A stretch of DNA of 64,000 nt from Patescibacteria group bacterium (GCA_030549895.1 JAUQQM010000001.1:117624-181623); one strand, 5' to 3'. Positions 35,001-43,761 are shown, numbered from the stretch's first letter. Numbers and translations are program-made. Notes: a model not told the origin generated them from the letters alone.

Positions 35001-36361
35001 CATCTCTTATTTTAGATAAAATTTATATACCACCTCTAGTTCAAGATGCATTTCAAGTTTTTTATACAGGATATGCTCTATATACAAGCATTACTAAAGG
35101 AGATTATACTTTAACTATTGATTCGAACTTCTATGAAGTTGCAAGGTATCTTGGTTTGAGTGCGCTGTTGAAAAGAATGACCGAACTTCGAGAAGAGGTA
35201 AAAAGAATAGATTCTCTATTAGATAAGTATAAATTAGCCCCCGAGGGTCATATTATATTATATAATAAGCATCCTATAGCAAAAGGTTTACTATCTACAA
35301 TTCGCAAGGATTTAGTAGAGGATTTTTATAAGGCAGATATAATACGTAAAGAAATTGAGAATGCAAGAATAGGTGAAATTACTAAAATGTTGAGTTCAAA
35401 TGGTGTTTTTGTTGCTGCTGGGGGAGTATTAAGAGCTTGGGCTGCTTATAATGCTTTTAAACAAATGATGTCTCTTGGAAGAACTATGTTAGATAGGGAC
35501 AAGAGGACAATTAGAGAATTTTGGCTTAAAGCTGTTAACCTTTCTTATGGTTATAAAGTAAGAAATTTAAAAATAAACTTAAATGCTAATGAGCCTTCTC
35601 AAAAATTAATGCCAGTTTTTACCCTCTATGGAGTCCCTGTTTATGATCCTTTATATCCCGAATATGGCTTTTATGAACCAGTAAAAAGGTTTTTAGGTGA
35701 GGTAGTAGAAGTAAGTCCTAGCTGTGCTCGTCTTTCTTGCTCTTTATCTACAAGTACTGGAGAACTTATTCTCGATTATAATGTATCTAAATATGAAGAT
35801 ATCTTAGGTGGCAAGATAAAGGAATTTTCAGAAAATAAAGAGTGTAAATGGTTTTGGTATACTGACCAGTCTGTTTCGGCTACAACTACGCGTAATATTT
35901 CTTCAGAATATATTATTTTGCCTCACAGTACTTCATCTTCTATTATTACCGCAAGTTTAATTGGAGAGAAATACTTAGCACGACTTAATCTTTCTAGTAC
36001 AGATGATTTTGTAAATTTTGTAGAATATGAAAGAAAGAATTTAAACGGTGGACGTGATGATTTTGTATATTCGTATATAAAGACGCGAGAAAATACATCA
36101 ACCTTAACAATAAATTCATGGGTCCAATTTCCTCCTCTATCATCTCAACCTCCGCAGAATTATACCTGCGGGAATTATTCTTATAATAATTTATCTTCTT
36201 TAGTAATAGTTACTTCAACTAGAGGTTATAGTTTAGAATGTGACAAAGATAAAACTCCTAAATTTAAAGGAATAGATACTTATAATACTTGTCTAGGGTG
36301 GAGGTGTGAATATGATCCAGATCAACAACCATCCCTTCATGTGACTACTCCTAATAGATAA
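32039..36361 (+). CDS. Giant membrane-embedded protein (1440 aa), unknown function
   Basis: It has an N-terminal hydrophobic signal-like segment and a roughly 880-aa Cys-containing region. A cluster of hydrophobic helices is encoded at about nt 34720-35100. A charged helical segment and a Cys-containing C-terminal domain follow. I see no recognisable enzymatic or adhesin motif. Confidence 0.7.
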   Translation: MGLFEKIISLIINFTLIFEPLAIRIPLTPAQAQQDQNSTNPKLQVEVEILPVSYDVTDNFGAVGNFYCYPLEANVFSPSLYVDNHTATVIEKVKERITQVNKGCETIWPQILLRFIFNTSSATLKRIVTNNTSTINLLVNLNFRGDTTTDLNLTYKFYPKESAIFNSHENIILWWKNGSSSPEVVGDENKSYFDAYVTLRSQYYFRDDPDVDNLVEYIYPTTSLLKEHEEKKKRFILKYVNINFDGYDILITNVRFFKDIVSYYNYKELKEKPTLEFESSIFEKGIIGFFPTFIESLPLNSPDFVENNFCSYYQKKGGNLYLVPFQHLAVWDILVNSVGFCDEPPIFNSGIAKSEDNLCFKYTNKIQKCEIVRGDGATSTSICFVGLPFVNRFYNAFTGDVPYWDLNKKRDYRIIRTINNKLDKDFPSMNSLINKPNTPQDVDNWLNNNKNKIDYFLNERPIFTYSTLQYISSGKFVYTLNVAKNCEYVGDKVIARVDIGEGENRRTVELLPYECYTIGGKAIFAFPPEGYSVSQTESCSLTDNNWGFLYGNCNNNFFILFNTTDEYSSFLSFISKVKNVDVTNTSTPPQGIIFVIETPTDNIKKYEYKLVDFLPRIYTFNTTTYVHQFLSPQIVKHGQLLEYKFSPLWYGNPYFGSFESFTSICTLPQTGFDVSLYVNPPTGEAEIKTTECSYYYDPLQGRQQRCENVAYHLPKKEECYPLSMSVATATIDAKYDLIFFTEKYDGASLNEKIDIFLKANSALTEYRKGENVSKLRFDIFKISPTTSLNIGAISYKRKYIPAPILADFAEEIASNVGVYYERDIGGDIPNYLQSQVQYFKDSVVRELSSYLPMVLDKEEAKFSDVLSSTKNSDISDSLYLNFYPVAAQIGGKEYTIPWLVYFGMFLSSVAAFLNNVVGILNIAALLIPGLGQVILVVRAAVTVFYVASLVVETLAYLSYPDWAKKMYGDFGNFALSALIHLGVSSLNTSLILDKIYIPPLVQDAFQVFYTGYALYTSITKGDYTLTIDSNFYEVARYLGLSALLKRMTELREEVKRIDSLLDKYKLAPEGHIILYNKHPIAKGLLSTIRKDLVEDFYKADIIRKEIENARIGEITKMLSSNGVFVAAGGVLRAWAAYNAFKQMMSLGRTMLDRDKRTIREFWLKAVNLSYGYKVRNLKINLNANEPSQKLMPVFTLYGVPVYDPLYPEYGFYEPVKRFLGEVVEVSPSCARLSCSLSTSTGELILDYNVSKYEDILGGKIKEFSENKECKWFWYTDQSVSATTTRNISSEYIILPHSTSSSIITASLIGEKYLARLNLSSTDDFVNFVEYERKNLNGGRDDFVYSYIKTRENTSTLTINSWVQFPPLSSQPPQNYTCGNYSYNNLSSLVIVTSTRGYSLECDKDKTPKFKGIDTYNTCLGWRCEYDPDQQPSLHVTTPNR

Positions 36362-36373
36362 GATATTGAATTT

Positions 36374-39300
36374 ATGTTAAATATAATTAAAATAAAAATA
36401 ATGATGATTAAAAAATACCTCCTAATTTTCATTATGTTTTTAATTCTAGGCGCATTTAATATCGTATTAAGTCAAAATAATTCTTCTATTTCAACTAACG
36501 AGTCTCTCCCTTCTTCTGATGAAAAAGAAGTTGGAAGAGAAATTGAGCAAAAATTAAGTAATTTTAATATCACTTTACAAGATATATCTTTCTGTCCAAC
36601 TACAACAGAACCAATATTAAATGATAAACTCAATTTTATTGCCACCCTAAAACTCTCCATTAGTTCCAGCTCATTAAGGTTTTTATGTAAGACTTTATAT
36701 CCTGGCGATTCTAATGCATTCTTTTTTCATGAGACATTTTCTTCTCCTATTTCAAGCATAAACAACCCTTATATTAGGTGCAGAATTCCTATAATTGAAC
36801 CATTAACTAAAAATTTATACTATCTAGATGCTCCTATCGGTGAATTGAACTTAATTTTTAATGACTTATGCAGGGAAGATAGAAATTACTCTTCTTCTAC
36901 TAAGGTTGAAATAAAAAATATTCCTTTTCCAGAGATTTTTAAATTTCCTTATCCTGGAAGGGAAGTTGAGATACCACCCCCTGAAGAATTTTATAAAAAA
37001 ATTACTCAAGATATGTCGAATTTAAAGATTGAAGGAAATGAAGGATTTTGTTATTTAGATTTTAATGTAAATTACAATAATGGAGGGAAAACAACTTCTA
37101 GTGTTTTTATATTGGATCGACTTACTTCAATTCCTTCTCAAGAGTATAATGTGGTGTATAAAAAGAAGTTAAATATTCTTCCTAATTTCTCTCTTGTAAG
37201 TGGTAATGCTTTGAAAGTTGATTGGCGCTATTTTTATAATTATGGCTATCTTCAACCGGAAAAACTAAAAAGTTTTAACTGCCAAGTACCTGGACAAACT
37301 ATTCCTCCTCAACAAAGCAGTAATTTTATTTCTTTTTACATATACACTACTACAACTGAAACAATAAGCCAAGATAAATATTTAAGGATTAGAGGTGAAA
37401 TTATAGCTGAGTATCTAGATAAATCTACTTTAACCTATTCTGTCCCTGATACTTTAAGTTCTACTATAGAAATTCCAAAACAAAATGGAAATAGTAAGTT
37501 ACAGGTGATTAGAGTTAATATTTTACCTTCACAAATGGAATACTCTTATGACTTTCAAGGTTGGCAGGGTGATTGTCATATCTGTGGTGGGTCTTCTTCT
37601 TGTAATAATATTTCCATTTCTTATGCATCTTATAAAGATAACTATTCTTGTGGGTTAAAGTTTAATTTTATAGGATTTCAATTTGATTTATCTTCAAATA
37701 TAAGTGTGGGAATCATAAAAGTAAAAAAAGAAGACGATGGTAGTGAGATATGTAATATTACACCGGATAGTAGATTCTGTAACGTTATATTAACTACAAA
37801 ATCACCTGTAAATCTTATTATTGAAAGTTCAGTGAATTTAGGAGATCGTAGCTTATATAACTTAGGAGGGGATTGTAGTTATTCCAGATTTTCTCAAATA
37901 AAAGATAAATACGTAGCGACGATAACAGTTTCTAAGAACTATAGTTGCATTATTAGAGAAATTAACCAACAACAAATAGAGCAACCGTCTAAACAGGACC
38001 TATTTTTAAATAACGAAATTTCATTAGTTAATAAGACTTTTATATTAATTAGAAAAAAGATTTTATACTTTAGGGTCAACTTAGTTAAAATTTTAAATAA
38101 CTTTCTAAAATTCTTTGATGAGATAAAAGATGTTTTAGCTCAAGAAACAAATATTGTTTCCTTTAATGCTGTTTGGGAACAAAGAGAAGATACTACCTCT
38201 CACAAAGTTAAGATAAAACTTTTAGATGCAGAGAATAACGATAAAGAGATTATTTCCACCGAAGCACCAATCAATAGTAGCTCTCTTGTTTTAAATTATG
38301 AATTTTATAAAGATTTAATAACAACTACAAACAATACTATTAAATACTTAGATCACTTCTATGCCTTAGAATTTAGTATAAATGAAAATGAAACTTTTAG
38401 AGTTGAGTTTTATTTAGAAGGCGATAAACTTTTAGACAGAGTAATTAGTCAGTTAAAATGTGGTGATATTATAGAACACCATAAGTATGACCCATTAAAT
38501 TACGGAGATCCTACAAATCAACCTTATTCTTCTTTCCATAAAATATGTTTTAATAACAAAGGCGATGTGGGTAGTGCTTTAGGTGTGAAGTTTGAAAGCT
38601 ATCAAAATTCTTTTTATAATGATTATAAATATTTTATTTCGTTTCAGGAATATATAGGGGACGAAGGAAGTGTTATACCTATTTCAATTCCAGTAAGTAA
38701 GTGGATAACTTCTATAACCGCTACGCCATCTACAAACCTTACATGGGGAGGAAATGGAATTTATAAATTCGGTGCTGGAGAAGATCAAGTTTCGCCTGCA
38801 AGCTCTTCAATTGTTGTTAGTTTTCCCAATTTGTGTTATTTTGATGAAAATGGTTGTAATGGAAGACCAGTTACAGCTACTGCAACTTTGAGTTTTAAGG
38901 GTTATGCCATAAAAGATGGTGCGTGGAAAGAAATTACAAAGGGATATAATAAAGAGGCTGTTTATCAAACTAGAATCACCTATATTCCACCAGCACCATT
39001 AATTAACTTAGGTATATCTACAACTACGCCAACTACTAAAACACTATCAAAAGAAGAGCTTCGTGAGCTTAAAAGTGTTTTGGGTAATTTAGATTTATTA
39101 AATTACTTCATCTATTCATCTCCAGTCAAAGATAATCTTCCTGCTGCTTATTGGAGTTATTATAATAGACCGGATGAAGCAACAACCACAAGAAATCCAT
39201 TTTTTGCTTTAAATGATGAAGATTTATGTCAAATAGAACTTTGGACAGCAACTGGAACAAATAGTTTAGAATTATTTGATGGTTCTCTAGTTGATGAGAT

Positions 39301-40087
39301 GATTAATACAGTTTCTTCAAGTACAATATCAGAAGAGATTAAAAAGAAAATACTTAATGAACTCTTTTCCAGCTCTTTAATTAAAGTTATAGCATTAAAA
39401 TATCTTCTTACTCCTATGAACAGTGGATGGCCTGTAATAACTGATGAGAACCAAAACATTCTAGTGTCAGTAGAGGATTTTCAAAACATTTTTGGCTTTT
39501 CAACTCCAGTGGATAGAGAAAAAAGCTTGACAAAGAACTTCCTAAGGGATATAATTAAAGATAAAGTTAAAAATATGCAAGATTTAAGGAAAATAGAATT
39601 AAGATTTATTTGCTATCAAAATTGGGACGGTAATAACCAAAAGATAAACCTGGCTTCAAATTTAAATGCCGGAAGAGTTGACGGTGTTGATGCAGTTGTT
39701 GAATCTGTAAGCTTCGAACTTATCCCCCTTTCCGCCTCAATTTACAAACAAACTCAAGAATATAGCGTTACCAAACAAACATCCGATCAACAAAAATCTA
39801 AAACAGTGACGTTAAAAATAAGCGTGAACGATGAAGATTTAAGGGATACACCAGTTAATTTAAAGTTTATATCAGGCTCACAGAGCTCTATAAATATAAC
39901 TGTTAAATCCCAAACTAGGGTTTTAGAATCAGGAAAGAGTACACTAATAAATATAGGTACTACAACGAACAGTGGGATATTTATCGAACAAATACCCGTT
40001 ACTTTTGAGTATTCAACTACTTCTGAGATAACTATAGAACTTTCAGTAAAAGATAAAACTAGAAAACTTAAGGTCTTTTTGCAGTAA
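36374..40087 (+). CDS. Giant secreted or surface protein (1237 aa), unknown function
   Basis: It has a signal-peptide-like N-terminus (KKYLLIFIMFLILGAFNIVLSQ), so the real start may be the ATG at 36401. It is rich in Asn/Ser/Thr with scattered Cys pairs and has no recognisable domain. Confidence 0.7.
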   Translation: MLNIIKIKIMMIKKYLLIFIMFLILGAFNIVLSQNNSSISTNESLPSSDEKEVGREIEQKLSNFNITLQDISFCPTTTEPILNDKLNFIATLKLSISSSSLRFLCKTLYPGDSNAFFFHETFSSPISSINNPYIRCRIPIIEPLTKNLYYLDAPIGELNLIFNDLCREDRNYSSSTKVEIKNIPFPEIFKFPYPGREVEIPPPEEFYKKITQDMSNLKIEGNEGFCYLDFNVNYNNGGKTTSSVFILDRLTSIPSQEYNVVYKKKLNILPNFSLVSGNALKVDWRYFYNYGYLQPEKLKSFNCQVPGQTIPPQQSSNFISFYIYTTTTETISQDKYLRIRGEIIAEYLDKSTLTYSVPDTLSSTIEIPKQNGNSKLQVIRVNILPSQMEYSYDFQGWQGDCHICGGSSSCNNISISYASYKDNYSCGLKFNFIGFQFDLSSNISVGIIKVKKEDDGSEICNITPDSRFCNVILTTKSPVNLIIESSVNLGDRSLYNLGGDCSYSRFSQIKDKYVATITVSKNYSCIIREINQQQIEQPSKQDLFLNNEISLVNKTFILIRKKILYFRVNLVKILNNFLKFFDEIKDVLAQETNIVSFNAVWEQREDTTSHKVKIKLLDAENNDKEIISTEAPINSSSLVLNYEFYKDLITTTNNTIKYLDHFYALEFSINENETFRVEFYLEGDKLLDRVISQLKCGDIIEHHKYDPLNYGDPTNQPYSSFHKICFNNKGDVGSALGVKFESYQNSFYNDYKYFISFQEYIGDEGSVIPISIPVSKWITSITATPSTNLTWGGNGIYKFGAGEDQVSPASSSIVVSFPNLCYFDENGCNGRPVTATATLSFKGYAIKDGAWKEITKGYNKEAVYQTRITYIPPAPLINLGISTTTPTTKTLSKEELRELKSVLGNLDLLNYFIYSSPVKDNLPAAYWSYYNRPDEATTTRNPFFALNDEDLCQIELWTATGTNSLELFDGSLVDEMINTVSSSTISEEIKKKILNELFSSSLIKVIALKYLLTPMNSGWPVITDENQNILVSVEDFQNIFGFSTPVDREKSLTKNFLRDIIKDKVKNMQDLRKIELRFICYQNWDGNNQKINLASNLNAGRVDGVDAVVESVSFELIPLSASIYKQTQEYSVTKQTSDQQKSKTVTLKISVNDEDLRDTPVNLKFISGSQSSINITVKSQTRVLESGKSTLINIGTTTNSGIFIEQIPVTFEYSTTSEITIELSVKDKTRKLKVFLQ

Positions 40088-40107
40088 ATAAAAATTAAAA
40101 ATTATTT

Positions 40108-40117
40108 AAGGAGGTGA
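40108..40117 (+). promoter_or_regulatory. Canonical Shine-Dalgarno AAGGAGGTGA, 6 nt upstream of the ATG at 40124
   Basis: This is the only perfect GGAGG I found directly upstream of a start codon in this window. Confidence 0.7.
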
Positions 40118-40123
40118 TTAACT

Positions 40124-41407
40124 ATGTTTTTATTTATTTTTTTCCTTTTTCAAATTCAGATTTTGTATCAAACTATAAAAGGCGACATAGTAGATGTTGT
40201 AAAAAGTAGCGGCCCGTATATGTTAGAATATGTATTAGAAATTGAAAACGAAAAACTTAAAGTGATTAATGAGAATAAAACATTCGAAATCGATAGTGTA
40301 TATGATGTTATAGGAAGCGCACTTAATGGTGATATATTATACATAGTTTATTCAAAAATAATAGAAAAAACACCTCCGATATACACACTAAAAAGCGCGG
40401 AAATTGTAATTTATAAGGATAAGGATAGTGTTAGTAATATATTAAGTGATAATTTTTTAATTCGGGAATTCTTTGGTTTAGATATAGTAGAAAGGATGTA
40501 TATTCTTTCTACAAATTTAGGGGCAAAATTAGAAATAAAAGACACAAACGATAACGTGGTATTTGAGAGAGTAATTAAAGACGGGGATGAAGAATCTGCA
40601 TTATATAGCGCTATAAGAGCTAAAAAGATAAGTAGGGATATGTATGCTGTAGTTAGTACATATTTAGATCTGACAGACGGTTTCGAGCGTTTATTTTTTA
40701 TTATTTATGAAAAAAAGAATGGCTTGTTAAAAATGGTGAGAGACAGTCTTACATATGGTTATTTTTGTGATGGAATTGTAAATTTAGATGATATGGGTAA
40801 TGAATATTTTATTGTTTTAAAATACATAGGCGGCAACCAATTAATTTGTAGTTATTATGATTCTTATTATTCTCTGAAAGATTATATGATGTTGAATGGA
40901 ATAGATGGGGGTTTTATTTATGTAAATGACAATTTATTTGGATTAATTGTAATGGATAGAGAGGCAGGCGAAAAATTGATAATTTTTAGGATTTATAATA
41001 ATAAATTGGAGAAAGTGATGGATATAAATTTTTCTCTTTCTGGATATATTAGAGCACAAAAATGTTTTAGTGTGAAAAATGGCATAGTAGTATTTGATGA
41101 TAAAATGGTTATTTTGATTCCTGTTGACTTTACTTCTGTTCAAAAACAAGAAGAAAACATGAAAAAGTCGTCGCCTTTTATGTCTTATGTTACTACGAAA
41201 TATGTTTATGTTGAGGACGTTGGAGAAGAAGAAATAGAAAGGATAGAAGTATTTAATTTATTAGGTCAGAGGGTAAAGTCAAAATATGAGTATAATAAAA
41301 GACAAATCATTATTGATGTATCTGAACTTCCTTCAGGTATTTACTTTTTCATTATAAAAGGAAGAAAAAGTGATTTAATTAGAGGGAAGATAATTAAAGT
41401 AAAATAA
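40124..41407 (+). CDS. Secreted protein with a T9SS-type (Por secretion tail / FlgD-Ig-like) C-terminal sorting domain
   Basis: It has an N-terminal signal-like segment. Its C-terminal ~65 aa, IERIEVFNLLGQRVKSKYEYNKRQIIIDVSELPSGIYFFIIKGRKSDLIRGKIIKVK, fits the v.vyn.lGq.v....ld.s.L.sGiYf..i....kkii consensus of type A sorting domains. Confidence 0.6.
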   Translation: MFLFIFFLFQIQILYQTIKGDIVDVVKSSGPYMLEYVLEIENEKLKVINENKTFEIDSVYDVIGSALNGDILYIVYSKIIEKTPPIYTLKSAEIVIYKDKDSVSNILSDNFLIREFFGLDIVERMYILSTNLGAKLEIKDTNDNVVFERVIKDGDEESALYSAIRAKKISRDMYAVVSTYLDLTDGFERLFFIIYEKKNGLLKMVRDSLTYGYFCDGIVNLDDMGNEYFIVLKYIGGNQLICSYYDSYYSLKDYMMLNGIDGGFIYVNDNLFGLIVMDREAGEKLIIFRIYNNKLEKVMDINFSLSGYIRAQKCFSVKNGIVVFDDKMVILIPVDFTSVQKQEENMKKSSPFMSYVTTKYVYVEDVGEEEIERIEVFNLLGQRVKSKYEYNKRQIIIDVSELPSGIYFFIIKGRKSDLIRGKIIKVK

Positions 41408-41437
41408 CCCCTAACCTTCCCCCTAGGTCCTCTTTGT

Positions 41438-41463
41438 GGCGGCCATTTTTGGCCGCCTTTTTT
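41438..41463 (+). terminator. Rho-independent terminator
   Basis: GGCGGCC-ATTTTT-GGCCGCC is a perfect 7-bp GC stem followed by TTTTTT. It lies 30 nt after the stop at 41407. Confidence 0.8.
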
Positions 41464-41656
41464 AATTTAAAAGAGTAAGACACTATAAAATTAACCTGCA
41501 ACAGTCAACAAAATCCCACCATTCGTCCAGTCTAAATCTTCCCGAAAGTCTATTAACAAATGTCAAAAGTTATATTATTTTCAATTCAGAAATAAAATTT
41601 TAAAATAAAAATATGCTATCCCAATTTATAACAAATGGTATTTGCTCAGGTGCTCT

Positions 41657-41986
41657 TTACGCTTTGGGTTTCGTTGGTTTTATTTTAACACCAGTCCCGA
41701 AGTGATCGTCCGTAACGATAATATTTTTCAACGCACGCGCTTTGACTCTCATTTCTTTCGGTAATTCTTTCAAATCTTTCCCGATCGTACGGATAATTTC
41801 TGAATTACCTGTGCTTCTCTTGAACATTTTTTGAGCGAGTTCTTCATGTTCCGGAAATGCATTACAAAACAAATTCAATAATTCTGAAACATAATATTCG
41901 CATCCACTATCAGCCTTGAGTATTATTTCAATTACCTTTTCTGCGTCTTCTTTGCTCTTAGCTTCCTTTCTTTTTTTATACACCAT
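41657..41986 (-). CDS. Hypothetical protein (109 aa) in the compositionally atypical island
   Basis: The ORF has a purine-rich AAGGGGGCAAGG stretch upstream of its ATG. CpG density is much higher than in the backbone. I see no recognisable motif. Confidence 0.45.
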   Translation of the reverse strand: MVYKKRKEAKSKEDAEKVIEIILKADSGCEYYVSELLNLFCNAFPEHEELAQKMFKRSTGNSEIIRTIGKDLKELPKEMRVKARALKNIIVTDDHFGTGVKIKPTKPKA

Positions 41987-42236
41987 CGTCCTTGCCCCCT
42001 TATTAATTTCTTAACTCTGGTTCATTTTGGAAAATTGAAATGCGGTTATCAAAGCGAAATAACTTTCTAAGTAATTCTTGAAATTTTTGTAAACCATTCA
42101 TATCCATCAGAGTGACCAGCCTTTTAGACAGTCATAATATATTATCAAGGGGTGGTGGACATTTGTGAATGTCCGTACAAAGTGTTTTAGGCTCATCAGG
42201 GTTTCATTTTTGTTTTTGAAACTTTTTTAGTTAGTT

Positions 42237-42500
42237 TTAGAGGGACAACTTAAAATATGAGTACCAGATATTTCCCTTGTCAACTTTTTTGGTTTTTATT
42301 AGGTTATTTATATTATTTTCATTTAACTTTTTTACATTTAACTCTTTTAGCTTTTTGAATAGTGCCTTTCTCGCCTCGGCCTTACCTTCTTTTTGCTTAT
42401 CTTTAACTTCAAGTATATAACATAAAAGTTTATCCTTTTTTAGAGAAATAGTGAGTCCATCAAAACCAGCAAATTCTTTTTTTCTTTGTTTTAACTTCAA
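42237..42500 (-). CDS. Hypothetical protein; the annotated TTG start is doubtful and the frame stays open upstream to 42718
   Basis: The track ORF starts at a TTG. The same frame is open for 73 more codons upstream with no ATG, GTG or TTG, so this may be a truncated or decayed gene. Confidence 0.3.
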   Translation of the reverse strand: MKLKQRKKEFAGFDGLTISLKKDKLLCYILEVKDKQKEGKAEARKALFKKLKELNVKKLNENNINNLIKTKKVDKGNIWYSYFKLSL

Positions 42501-42753
42501 CTCCGTTAAGGATATGACAATATATGAATCTTCGTTTAATTTTTTAATAAAATGAAGCTTTGCTTCTAACTTCGAGTTTTTGAACTTCTTTAGTTTATTT
42601 ATTATTTTCTTAGCATCCTTAACTTTGCCAAAGAAAGCATGTGGTCCGTCACCTTTCCATTTATATGGGAACGTTATTACTTTTGATGCTTTACGATAAT
42701 GATTGGCAATTCTATTACTACTTTAAAAAGATATTATCTCTTATAGAGAGAGA

Positions 42754-43761
42754 ATGGAATATCTTTATTCATATGCAAGAAAAGCTCAAGAGGTGTATGA
42801 AAAGTATAAGAATGAGCCCCAAAAAATTAAAGACGAACAAGAAAAGAGGATGTTTTCTCAATATCTGTTATATACCAGTTATGAGAGTGAATTGATTTTG
42901 GTTGAGATTTTTAGGGAAAAAGTTAAAAAAGCAGCTAGTATTGCAGAAATAATTAGAAATTTAGAAAAGAAATCTAAAAAAGATGATGAAAAAATTAATA
43001 GGTTAAGAGTTCGTTTTGGAATAGCTAAAGCTGAGGTAGAGAAAATGATAAATGATTTAGGGCCATTATTAGAACTTGCTTTCAGAAGAGAATTAGAAAA
43101 AGAAGATGAATATAAACATAAATTTAATATGTTGAGTAAAAAAGAAGCAAAACTGAAAGTTTTAATGGAGATGCCAATTGGAGACGTTTTAACCGCTCAT
43201 GAAGTTTTTCAAGAAAAGATGGCTGAAGATTCCGAAGGTCGAGAAAAAATTTCAGTTAGTAGGCAATTAAAAAGAATTGCTCAAGGTAGAGATTGGTTAA
43301 GAGTTGAAGACGATTTGCAAGAAATATTAAATAATGAAAATGTTTTAGCAGTATTAAAAGAACTTAGTCAAGAGACTGGAGAAGATCTTATTTCTTTTGC
43401 TGAAAGTTTAGTAAAAAAAGAAGAAAAAGATGAGGGAGAGTATAGATCAAAAAAAGAAATTGAGGAAGAATTAAAAAAAATTGAAGATGGGATTGAAGAA
43501 GGAATGAAAAATGAAACTCCTTGGAAAGAAATACTTCAGCGGGTGATTCGTAATATATTATATGGTCAAGAAGGACCAGGGGATATTGACGATGTTTGTA
43601 CTGGATCGGCCTGGCGCGCTTTTTCGGAGTACTGTTCTCTCTCTTTCTATCTTTCCGAACTCGAAAAAATCGCAAATCAAAAAATGAAAGAACTTGAACA
43701 TAAAAAAGCCCTTCATCCAGAAAAGAAAATTCCTCCTCGTCCAGAAGCAAGAAGTTTTTAA
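42754..43761 (+). CDS. Hypothetical charged coiled-coil protein (335 aa)
   Basis: This long ORF is Glu/Lys-rich and helical. I see no recognisable motif. Confidence 0.5.
   Translation: MEYLYSYARKAQEVYEKYKNEPQKIKDEQEKRMFSQYLLYTSYESELILVEIFREKVKKAASIAEIIRNLEKKSKKDDEKINRLRVRFGIAKAEVEKMINDLGPLLELAFRRELEKEDEYKHKFNMLSKKEAKLKVLMEMPIGDVLTAHEVFQEKMAEDSEGREKISVSRQLKRIAQGRDWLRVEDDLQEILNNENVLAVLKELSQETGEDLISFAESLVKKEEKDEGEYRSKKEIEEELKKIEDGIEEGMKNETPWKEILQRVIRNILYGQEGPGDIDDVCTGSAWRAFSEYCSLSFYLSELEKIANQKMKELEHKKALHPEKKIPPRPEARSF

Noticed and set aside
41987-42236. A 34-aa minus-strand ORF (42003-42107, MDMNGLQKFQELLRKLFRFDNRISIFQNEPELRN) and nearby hairpins, considered as an antitoxin or small-regulator gene upstream of the 109-aa gene.
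   Set aside because: The only support is an ATG and an open frame. I see no recognisable fold motif, promoter box or RBS, so it is too speculative to list as a feature.
42641-42895. An 84-aa plus-strand ORF overlapping the start of the 335-aa gene and the upstream open frame.
   Set aside because: It is out of frame with the longer, better-supported ORF at 42754, has an implausible composition (MVRHLSIYMGTLLLLMLYDNDWQFYYYF...), and has no promoter or SD context.
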